A DNA stretch of 13,832 nucleotides, taken from positions 1 through 13,832 of the forward strand of contig JBHGNT010000924.1 of assembly GCA_043228905.1 (NCBI GenBank), written 5' to 3'. The notes under the pieces were generated by a model that saw only the letters and a list, made by a program, of their open reading frames with translations, ran no database searches and had not been told where the DNA came from. Source of the stretch: Azolla caroliniana. Taxonomy: Eukaryota > Plantae > Polypodiophyta. This document shows positions 1-8,543 of this stretch, piece by piece. Made by a program: the position numbers and the translations under genes. Each line of letters begins with the position of its first letter. The stretch's first letter is position 1.

Positions 1-184
1 GTATAGGCTCACAAACAAATGTCTAAGATGACATGTCATAAGAGACAAGCGTGGGAGGCATCACAATATTGGGAACTTTACCATATGCTCATGGAAGAGA
101 CGACGGTAACCAAGACCACAAACACCCATCGAGGATCCTAACAATTGCCACACATATACAAAGAGACTTTACCAAGTCCCAAAT

Positions 185-925
185 TGTTAGAGCTTGATCC
201 TAATGTAAGCATATGATAAGGATAATATAGATAGATAGAAAAGAAAGGAGGGGAAGAAAGAAGGGTGTCGATCCACCCAACCACCCCCAAGCGAAGGGAT
301 CAAGACAGACTCAAGCCTCGATCGGCGTCCCATACCACCGTCATGGCGTTGAGTCGTACCTGGTACTGGTGCACTCGCTTCAAGAGTTGATCACCATGAG
401 GATAGAGTCTCGACGTTGTCGATAATGTGTCCAATGAGGGTGGCTAGGTCTCATATTTATAACCAAACTTAAGGCCATAGTGTGAACCATACGTGCATTC
501 TCATTTGCGAATGTTCCAATCATTCGAGTATGGTAAACACCCTCAAAGAATGGTAAGTACCATACTTTTGGATTAACTATTTATTATGAGGTAAATAAAT
601 CTAAAAAGGGGAAAAAAACAAAAGAAAATCCTTTAAAAAGGGAAAAAAACAAAAACAAAAAACACAAGAATGTTTGAATAACATTCGCATTCGTTTTCCA
701 ACACAGGAAAACGAATGTTATGCTAGACGAACACGAATTTTATGTACTATGCTTAAGGCCCCCAGGCAAGTTCACACTTGGCCTTAATGGGTTGTCTCAA
801 TCCCAAGGATTAAAAGTAATCCTTCCCTTCTTTACACTCTCGTTTAACCCTCACACTTTATCCACGCGTATAGAATACTATGGAACAATCTTACCACAAG
901 ATATTATATGGTCATGCCCATAACA
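185..925 (-). repeat. Probable 3' LTR of G1 (~741 bp)
   Basis: Starts TGTTA 2 nt after a PPT and ends TAACA at 185 (5-bp terminal inverted repeat). TATAAATA lies at 461-454 with a pyrimidine-rich distal part. No second copy is in the window, so the 185 boundary is less certain than 925. Confidence 0.7.
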
Positions 926-927
926 TA

Positions 928-939
928 CTCCCCCTCTTT
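928..939 (-). promoter_or_regulatory. Polypurine tract of G1
   Basis: AAAGAGGGGGAG on the minus strand, between the chromodomain and TGTTATGGG. Confidence 0.8.
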
Positions 940-1184
940 AAAACATTACACTCTTGCAATGAAAAGTTAGGGAAGTTAGTTTTAAGAGTATTTTCTCGTT
1001 CCCATGTAGCATCTTGTATAGACTTATCCCTCCATTTAATTTTAAATTCTCGAATTATTTTAGAACACAAATTTTTTATTTTAACATCGAGAATTCTCTC
1101 TGGTACATGTGGTTTAGAAGATAATTATTTAGAAGTAACTAGAGTTTTAGTTGAGACTATATTGTCGCGAAAACCAAGAAGTTC
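940..1184 (-). pseudogene. pol: Integrase C-terminus with chromodomain (G1); absent from the ORF track
   Basis: Manual translation gives ELLGFRDNIVSTKTLVTSK*LSSKPHVPERILDVKIKNLCSKIIREFKIKWRDKSIQDATWERENTLKTNFPNF, with the ERIL...KW...ATWE chromodomain pattern at ~1103-963. Confidence 0.85.
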
Positions 1185-1536
1185 TGTTGAGAGACAAGCT
1201 CAACATCGGCCGGATCGGCTGGGACCGATCGGTTAGGCCATGAGGAAAGATATTCCGTGAGGAATATATTTGGGAGTTAGTGTAGGAGCTATTAATGAGC
1301 ATTGAAGTACTATCAGTACTCCAGTCAGTCCTTCTAGGGCTTGTACAAAGTGTTCATTGAACACATATATGTATAGTTTTTTGTCTTTCATAATATATTC
1401 TCCCTTTTGGTGTCTTCTCTAAAACTCTCTCTCGGTCTCTCCCACGTATACTGTGTAAGCTCAAGCTCTCCGTTAAACCTGAATGTTCTCCCTTCGGTTC
1501 TGTCTTTATACTTGCTTCCGCACGCTACTTTTTACA
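1185..1536 (+). repeat. 5' LTR of A1 (352 bp)
   Basis: TGTTGAGAG...TTTTACA; matches 4458-4834 apart from 9 substitutions and a 25-bp gap. Confidence 0.97.
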
Positions 1537-1548
1537 TGGTATCAGAGC
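1537..1548 (+). promoter_or_regulatory. Primer binding site (tRNA-iMet) of A1
   Basis: TGGTATCAGAGC directly after the LTR CA, complementary to the 3' end of plant initiator tRNA-Met. Confidence 0.95.
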
Positions 1549-1608
1549 GCGAGGGTTGAGAACCTCTCTACAGCCGACACAGCTTGACGAAGAAGAACAA
1601 GAAGAACG

Positions 1609-2514
1609 ATGGATAGAGGCATGGCGAGCTCGCTTCCAACAGAGAAGCTCGACAGAACCAACTACGCGTCTTGGTCCTACAAGATGCACCAGTACCGGCT
1701 CGAGCACGGCTACTGGAGTTATGTCGAAGGAGCTAATGACGCGGTACCCGAATCGACACACAGAGACTTTCCGTCGTGGGAGCAATCAGCGAGCAGGGTA
1801 TTATACTGCTTCGCGTCGTGTGTGGGCGAACAGCTATTGAGCTATGTTCGGGATGCAAAGACGCCGAAGGGTGCGTGGGAAAATCTGAAGAAGATTTTCG
1901 CTGCGAGCACCACAGCCAGGAAGCTTCAGCTCCGACAGGAGTTGAGCAACCTACGACAACGCGACTTGTCAGTGGCGGACTATACCTCGAAGATCAAGGA
2001 TATCTGCGACTCCCTCGCCTCCATAGAGGTGAACATCGAGGAGAGCGAGATGGTCCAGATCTATCTCGGAGGTTTGGCGTTGAAGTTCGGAGCGTTCCGA
2101 ACGGCTGTGTGTACCCGGGAGAATACGCCGTCCTTTTTCGACTTACAGTCGATGCTCCTGGTAGAGGAGAACCACGCGGGTGCGTCTACAAGCACTCACA
2201 CCGACAACAGAATGTTGTACACGGAGGGAGATAGGCCCCGTGGACGTGGAGGACGAGGCGAGTCGGCGCGCAATGGAGGCGGTCGACGAGATCAAGGAAG
2301 AAGGCACCGAAGTGATGCCGACAGCAACTCCGGACCCTCCGGAAATATGGGGAGTCGAAGCGATGAGAACCGGCAAGGGAAGGCCATCGCGGAGTGTTGG
2401 TACTGTGGCAAGAAAGGCCACAGGGAAAGTGAGTGCTGGAAGAAGCGCGCCGATTCGGAGAGAACTGGTTCCGGGAATGGCTCCAGACATACTGACAAGG
2501 GAAATCGGCAGTGA
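1609..2514 (+). CDS. gag: Copia Gag (UBN2/Retrotran_gag_2-like capsid region, RGG-rich linker, CCHC zinc knuckle), 301 aa
   Basis: LDRTNYASWSYKM, AWENLKKIF, LRQELSNLRQRDLSVADY and CWYCGKKGHRESEC. It ends at a TGA that is in frame with the protease. Confidence 0.92.
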   Translation: MDRGMASSLPTEKLDRTNYASWSYKMHQYRLEHGYWSYVEGANDAVPESTHRDFPSWEQSASRVLYCFASCVGEQLLSYVRDAKTPKGAWENLKKIFAASTTARKLQLRQELSNLRQRDLSVADYTSKIKDICDSLASIEVNIEESEMVQIYLGGLALKFGAFRTAVCTRENTPSFFDLQSMLLVEENHAGASTSTHTDNRMLYTEGDRPRGRGGRGESARNGGGRRDQGRRHRSDADSNSGPSGNMGSRSDENRQGKAIAECWYCGKKGHRESECWKKRADSERTGSGNGSRHTDKGNRQ

Positions 2515-3005
2515 TCGCACTACGCCGAAGACTCCGGGAGAGCTGGAGAAGGGACTGCCTTCGTGACGAGACATGAAGCAAACTCAATGAAACAGACCAC
2601 CTCGAGATCGGACGAGGTGTGGTACGTAGACTCCGGCGCATCAAACCACATGACGAGCCATAAGGAGTGGTTCTCGTACCTTGAAAAACCGATACAACCT
2701 GGAGTAGTCGCAACTGGAGACGACACTCCGCATCCGATCGCGAATGTCGGAGAAGTTCCCCTTAGCCATGTCGGGCAGAAAGGGAAACTCATGAATGTGC
2801 TGCATGTCCCGACAATCACGAAAAACCTGGTCTCGGTCGGACAGATTGTCGACCAAGGAATGGAGGTTCGGTTTACACACCTTGGGTGCTTCATTGAGGA
2901 AGAAGGTCGTGTGATTGCGCAAGGGCGCAGAGACGGGAGGATGTTCATCCTCGATTCCACTGACGGCGGCACCGCAATGTTCGCGAAGGGACAAAAGACC
3001 GAGTC
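2515..3005 (+). pseudogene. pol: Copia aspartic protease region of A1
   Basis: WYVDSGASNHMT and VLHVPTITKNLVSVGQI, in the same frame as gag; ends at the deletion junction after KGQKTES. Confidence 0.92.
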
Positions 3006-3950
3006 GACCATGTAAAGCTCCAGCTTGCGGCATCGTTTGACATGAAGGATCTGGGGGACCTTCATTACTTCCTCGGGATCGAAGTGATCCGTACCCCCGA
3101 AGGCATATTGATCAGCCAACGTCATTACGTGCTGGGTATGCTCTTAAAACTCGGGATGGCCGACTGTAAGTCCGTCTCGACTCCTCTGGACAGAACCATC
3201 AAGCTTCGTCCCGATATGGGAAAGGTATGCGACCCGACGAGGTTCCGACAAATTGTCGGAAGCCTCATATACTTGACCATCACCCGACCCGACCTCAGTT
3301 ATCCGGTCGGAGTGATCAGTCAGTTCATGGTGCGACCTACCGAGGAGCACCTTTAGTGTGCGCAACGCATACTTCGGTATGTCAACGGCACTAAGGACCG
3401 GGGACTGCTATATCGGACCGGTGCAGCCGCGCGGTTAGTCGGCTACACCGATGCTGATTGGGCTGGCAATGCCGCTGATCGCCGATCCACGTCCGGATAC
3501 GTGTTCTCCCTCGGGAGTGCCGCGATCGCGTGGAGTAGTAAGAAGCAGCCGACAGTTGCCCTGTCGAGCACCGAAGCTGAGTACCGAGGAGCGGCTGTCG
3601 CGACATGCGAAGCCATATGGTTGAAGCGGCTACTTAAGGACCTGCAAGAGGAGGTGTCAGATCCGATGACGATCTACTGCGACAACCTCAGTAGCATCCA
3701 GCTCGCGAAGAACCCCGTTTTCCACGCACGGACCAAGCACATTGAGGTGCATTACCATTTCGTCCATGAGCATGTCCTTTCCGGTGAAGTCGAACTTCAG
3801 TATGTTCCGACGGCTCGGCAGACTGCCGACATCTTCACAAAGCCTCTTGGTCTGGACAAGTTGCGGCAATTCTCCGGTGCGCTCGGATTGCGTCACCTCG
3901 ACGTGCCAAACTTGAGGGGGAGAATAGTCCCGAACGACCAAGTAAAGTAG
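3006..3950 (+). pseudogene. pol: C-terminal part of copia RT plus RNase H of A1
   Basis: FDMKDLGDLHYFLGIEV, VGSLIYLTITRPDL, one in-frame TAG at 3354-3356, then [29 protein letters not shown] and ADIFTK. No YVDD motif is present. Confidence 0.93.
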
Positions 3951-4445
3951 CAGGAAAGGAGCGGAGGCTGCGATACTGAGCCGGTTGACTCGACTGTTGA
4001 CTCGGTTGTCGAGTTCGACTTCGGATCGGCTGAAGAAGCCGAGGGCGGACCCACGGAAAAGTCCGAAAACGGACAGAAGGGGAGCAGCCAAAGGAGAGAG
4101 CCGAAGTCAACCATGCATGGGGGAGATGACGCCATTGAGGGCGAGAAGACCGAAGACGAGTTGGAGACAGCCAACTCGGACGAGAACGAAAACCGATCGG
4201 AGGTAGCCGAGTCGGTTCGGATGTTTGATTCAAATACGTTGAATCAACCGAGGCCCAAGCGGAAGAAAAGGCAGCAGGAGAAGCGTCAACACCGCAACAA
4301 CAGAAGAGCTGATAAGGGTCACATGAGCAGACAAGCCGACCATAAGGGTCAAAGCGCGCAAAGTCGAACAGGTCGAGGAGCGCGAGCGAGGCGTGAAGCC
4401 AGGAGGAACCGGAGCTGTGAAAATCCCGAAGAGCCTCAAGTTTAG
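3951..4445 (+). other. 164-aa open frame continuing the pol frame after RNase H (acidic, then basic NLS-like); function unknown
   Basis: No stop from 3951 to the TAG at 4443-4445, in the same frame as ORF 3501-3950; contains PRPKRKKRQQEKRQHRNNRR. Confidence 0.55.
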
Positions 4446-4457
4446 CTTGAGGGGGAG
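4446..4457 (+). promoter_or_regulatory. Polypurine tract of A1
   Basis: CTTGAGGGGGAG abutting the TG of the 3' LTR. Confidence 0.93.
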
Positions 4458-4834
4458 TGTTGAGAGACAAGCTCAACATCGGCCGGATCGGCTGAAGAAG
4501 CCAAGGACCGGATCGGCTGGGACCGATCGGTTAGGCCATTAGGAAAGATATTCCGTGAGGAATATATTTGGGAGTTAGTGTAGGAGCTGTTAATGAGCAT
4601 TGAAGTACTGTCAGTACTCCAGTCAGTCCTTCTAGGGCTTGTACAAAGTGTTCATTGAACACATATATGTATGGTTTTTTGTCTTTCATAATATATTCTC
4701 CCTTTTGGTGTCTTCTCTAAAACTCTCTCTCGGTCTCTCCCGCGTATACTGTGTAAGCTCAAGCTCTCCATTAAACCTGAGTGTTCTCCCTTCTGTTCTG
4801 TCTTTATACTTGCTTCTGCACGCTACTTTTTACA
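4458..4834 (+). repeat. 3' LTR of A1 (377 bp)
   Basis: TGTTGAGAG...TTTTACA followed by the TSD AGTTC. Confidence 0.97.
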
Positions 4835-7800
4835 AGTTCTTTTACATGACTTACATGAAAAACTGGATGGATTTCGACGCCATCAGGAAGAGCGAGACAA
4901 TAGGTTGTTGAACCAATGCATTTGAGAATTGTAAAAGGTCCACAAAACCGTGGGGCTAACTTAGCGCACTTACTTGTAAACAATGACTTAGAATTGTGAG
5001 GTACACATAAAAATACCTTCTGTCCAGTGTTGAATACATGAGGTTGCCTATTATGATCGACATAAAAACGTGCTCTATCTTGAGTTATTTTTATATTATC
5101 TCATGCAATATGAATCATATCTTGCATATCCCAAAGAAATTTTGTGTACTTTGCAACTCATCATGATGTATATTAACATCAATCGGGGCTCATGGCTGAA
5201 AACCGTACATCAACATAAAAGGACATATCTCGTCGATGTATGCTTGGAGCTATTATAAGCTAACTCCAAAATTGGGAGATAACGTTCCCATTTTGTTGGT
5301 TTTGCACCAACGTATGCTCGAAGCGTGTCCTCAATAATTTGATTTACTCATACTGTCTGTCCATCGGATTGACGATGATCTGTGGAGCTCAGGCTTAATG
5401 TAGTTTCTAACTTCTTAAAGACTTGTGTCCAAAAGTCGTTAGTAAACTTTGGATCTTGATCACTCACGATATCCATCGGTAACACATAAAAACGAAATTA
5501 CTCATCCACGAATTGGTAAGCCAATTTAGGAGTTGTTACCATGGTTTTAGTAGCAATAAATCTAGCCATTTTAGTTAGTCTATCAACCACAACCCAGATG
5601 GCATCATGGCCTTTTTGGATGCGAGGAAGGATAACAAGAAAATCCATGGATATACTTTCCCACTTATTGTTGGGAAATTCCAAGGATGTAAAAGTCCAGC
5701 GGCTTTAAGTTGCTCGACTTTGTTAACTTGACACTGGTGACATTTAGTCACATAGCTATGTATGTCAAGACGCATCTGGACAGTAGAATTGAGTGGAGAT
5801 GAGAATGAGTGTGTGATGTATTCTAAGGTGCCCTGTTGAGGGTGCATCATGGCATTAAAAAAGAATTCTCTTTTTTATCTCAGGCAAATCTAGAACACAA
5901 ACCTTCCCACTACGGTAGAGCAAACCGTTAGCAATGTGGAAGGGTTCCTTCGAGGTTGTGGTGATGTTTGTTCCAGACTCAACTCTTGCCTAATACTTTC
6001 CAAAATAACTGTCATCAGGATACTTTCCTCGAAGGCGATCATAAAGATATGATGTTATTTTAGTGAAGCTAACCATGTTAAATTCACGGATGCAACTTAG
6101 TGCATCAACGACAATGTTCATGGAACCTTTACGATATTGTATGGAAAACTCAAAGTCATGGACGAGATTTACCCATCGTGCCTTATGACCTTTAAGGTCT
6201 TATTGGTCACAAAAATATTTCAAGGACTCGTGGTCCGTAGTTACCACAAAACGATTCCCATAAAGATAATGGTGCCATGACTTTAGCACATGGATAACTA
6301 CAAATATCTCATTTTCTTGAACGGTATACCGACATTCAACAAAATCGAGTTTCTTACTCTCAATACTATTGGTTTACTATCTTGATAGAGGACAACACCT
6401 ACAACATAATCACTTGCGTCGCTAACAACCTGAAAAGGTTTTGAAGGATCTGGTAAAAGAAGTGAAGGAGCCTTGCACACCTGGTCCTTGAGTTCCTTAA
6501 AGGCGAGGTCTAGTGTAGTATTCCATACAATAGGTTTTGTAGACTTACGCATTTGACCTTCAGTAAATGGTGTCATCAATTGAGAGTAATTGCGAAGAGA
6601 TTTTCGCAAAGCCACCTTACAAAACCAAGGAATAATTGAACTTCTCGAATATTTTGAAGAGTGGGCCACAATTTGACTTTCTTGATGCGAGAAGGATCAA
6701 TTTTAACTCCTCGTTTCTTGAAGAACTCACATTTCGAGATCTTTGCGTAAAATTGTTTGTTGCACAATGTTTGTAAAACAAAGCAGACATGTTTACCATG
6801 TTCTTCTAACGTATGACTATAAACTAAAATATCATCCAAGAAAATAACAATAGATTTTCCAAGTTGTTCTCGGAAGATGTCATTCATTTCTTGTTGAAAT
6901 GTGGATGGAGCATTGGTCATGACCAAAAACTCATAATGGTCGTAGTGTGTACAAAATGCCATTTTAGGAATATCTTCCTCACTTATATGAATTTGATGGT
7001 AACCCGTACGAAGATCAAGTTTTGTAAAATACCGAGCTCCTTGGAGACGGTCAATCAGATCGTCAGCCCGAGGCAATGGATATGAATTCTTGATCGTCAC
7101 TTTATTCAAGCATCGATAATTAAAACACATATGCAATGTGCCATCTTTCTCTTTTACCAAGAGAATAGGTGCACCCCATGGAGATTTACTGTAACGTGTA
7201 TAACCCATTCGTAAATAGTCCTCGAGTTGCTTAGATACATCATCCTCGTTGGATCGGCTTAAGCGATATGGAGGTATACTTATTGGTGCAAAGCTAGGTA
7301 CAAGATCTATATGATGGTCTATATTATGTTTAGGAGGTAAACGTGAATGTTCGGATCAAGTACACATAAGACAACTCAAATATTGATGGAGAGGAAACAA
7401 TCGAAAGAAATTGTTTTTTTACACATTGAATAAAATAAGTACAGTGAGATTGAATAAAACCAAGGATAACCAAGTATTACATCAGTCGTACAAAGATTCA
7501 TTCCATGGAAATCTATTTCTTCTACATAAGTATCAATAGAAATTCCTAATGAATGAATCGCCCCGTTGATGTATTGTACTCTTCCATCAGCCAAGTGCAC
7601 CTCATAGGTGTGATCACTTACGGTGGGTTGGATTCCCCATATCTGAACCAAATGATCATTCACAAAGTTATGTGAGCTTCCCGAATCAAATAAGAATTGT
7701 ATTGGAGACCCATTGATATACTTGTTTGCACGTAGTAAATCATTGGTTCCCACTACATAGTGAGGGAAAGAACATTTACAACTACTTAAATGATGCATTG

Positions 7801-8033
7801 ACCTCAAGGACATCAGAAATCTGACCTTTATTGTCTGCAACATTGGTTTTGTTGTCATGCTCTTTTCGTTGGAGCTTCTGACATTGCTCTTTCGTATGAC
7901 CCTTCTTTTTGTAGGACACACAAAAAGGATTTTGTCGCTTACAATCGCGATCCATGAATTCGTTGGATGTCTTGCGTTTCCCAGTGAATAGTGTCTGCTT
8001 AGTCCCGGGTGCTTCGGGTTTGTTATGGTCCTT
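4835..8033 (-). pseudogene. pol: G1 gag-pol remnant: gag knuckle (~7850-7930), protease (~7450-7750), RT (~6620-7330), RNase H (~6100-6480), integrase (~4835-5950)
   Basis: FCVSYKKKGHTKEQC (damaged CCHC), FLFDSGSSHNF, SPWGAPILLV, FTKLDLRTGYHQI, IFLDDILVYS, VVSDASDY, WESISMDF, IVSDQDPKF, APRFCGPF and HPVFHVS, with many stops, frameshifts and small deletions. Confidence 0.93.
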
Positions 8034-8444
8034 TGTTGAGCGAGCAAGCTCAACTTGGGCCGGATCGACGGAAGAAGCCAAGAGTCGGATCAGACGAAGA
8101 CTGATCGGCTAGGCCAGATCGACGGGGAGCTAGAAGGATGTTAGGGGCCTATATTCCTATTTTAGTAAATAGGAATATTATAGGCAGAGTTAGTGTCGGG
8201 CCCATCTATGAGCATTAAAGTACTGATAGTAGTTGTGTCAGCCCACTCGTCAGGGCTTGTATAAGAAGTGCTATGTGAGCATCTTGTATGTATTGAGTCT
8301 TTTGATAATATAATCTTTTAGTTTGTCTGCTCACTCGGTCTCTCTCTCTCACCCTTACTTTGTGCTTACCTTACCGTCATACTTTTGAATAACTGACTGT
8401 GCACTTTGTGCTTTTTCAAACGCTTCCGCATGTAATCTTTTACA
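8034..8444 (+). repeat. 5' LTR of A2 (411 bp)
   Basis: TGTTGAGCGAGCAAGCTCAAC...CTTTTACA; shares ATGAGCATT, AAGTACT and AGGGCTTGTA blocks with the A1 LTR. Confidence 0.9.
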
Positions 8445-8456
8445 TGGTATCAGAGC
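8445..8456 (+). promoter_or_regulatory. PBS (tRNA-iMet) of A2
   Basis: TGGTATCAGAGC directly after CA. Confidence 0.93.
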
Positions 8457-8543
8457 GAGAGGGTTAGAAGAATCCTCTGTTGCTGACAAAGCGAACAAGA
8501 CAGAGACAAGTTTTTTGTCTTCGAGAAAAGAAAACATAGGAAC

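Larger units (their letters stand above)
1185..4834 (+). mobile_element. A1: Ty1/copia LTR retrotransposon with intact ends, internally deleted and non-autonomous (3650 bp)
   Basis: Two TG...CA LTRs, perfect TSD AGTTC (1180-1184, 4835-4839), PBS, PPT, and gag-PR-partial RT-RNase H with copia-type motifs. Confidence 0.97.
185..8033 (-). mobile_element. G1: decayed chromodomain-bearing Ty3/gypsy element (chromovirus-like), 5'-truncated, interrupted by copia A1
   Basis: The minus strand shows the domain order zinc knuckle-PR-RT-RNase H-INT-GPF-chromodomain-PPT-LTR. The frame rejoins across A1 once one AGTTC copy is removed (HPVFHVSHVKEL|LGFRD). Confidence 0.92.

Noticed and set aside
1-184. Possible LTR end at GGGAGGCATCACA (65) and short open frames
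   Set aside because: No PBS, second copy or protein motif supports a call.
688-726. Helitron 3' end (hairpin + CTAG at 723-726)
   Set aside because: The hairpin is AT-rich, the spacing is short, the next base is A rather than T, and it lies inside the inferred G1 LTR.
720-1236. Plus-strand ORFs 720-923 and 880-1236, and similar short alternative-frame ORFs elsewhere
   Set aside because: They are antisense or out-of-frame shadows of LTR and pol sequence with no independent motifs.
2506-2526. Programmed stop-codon readthrough between gag and protease in A1
   Set aside because: A2 reads CAA AGA TCG CAC (QRSH) at the same site, so CAG TGA TCG CAC is best explained as CGA>TGA deamination. There is no recognisable readthrough context.
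3835-4479. 214-aa antisense ORF in the 3' region of A1
   Set aside because: It has no recognisable motif and is probably the shadow of a GC-rich plus-strand frame. It would need family-level conservation to reconsider.
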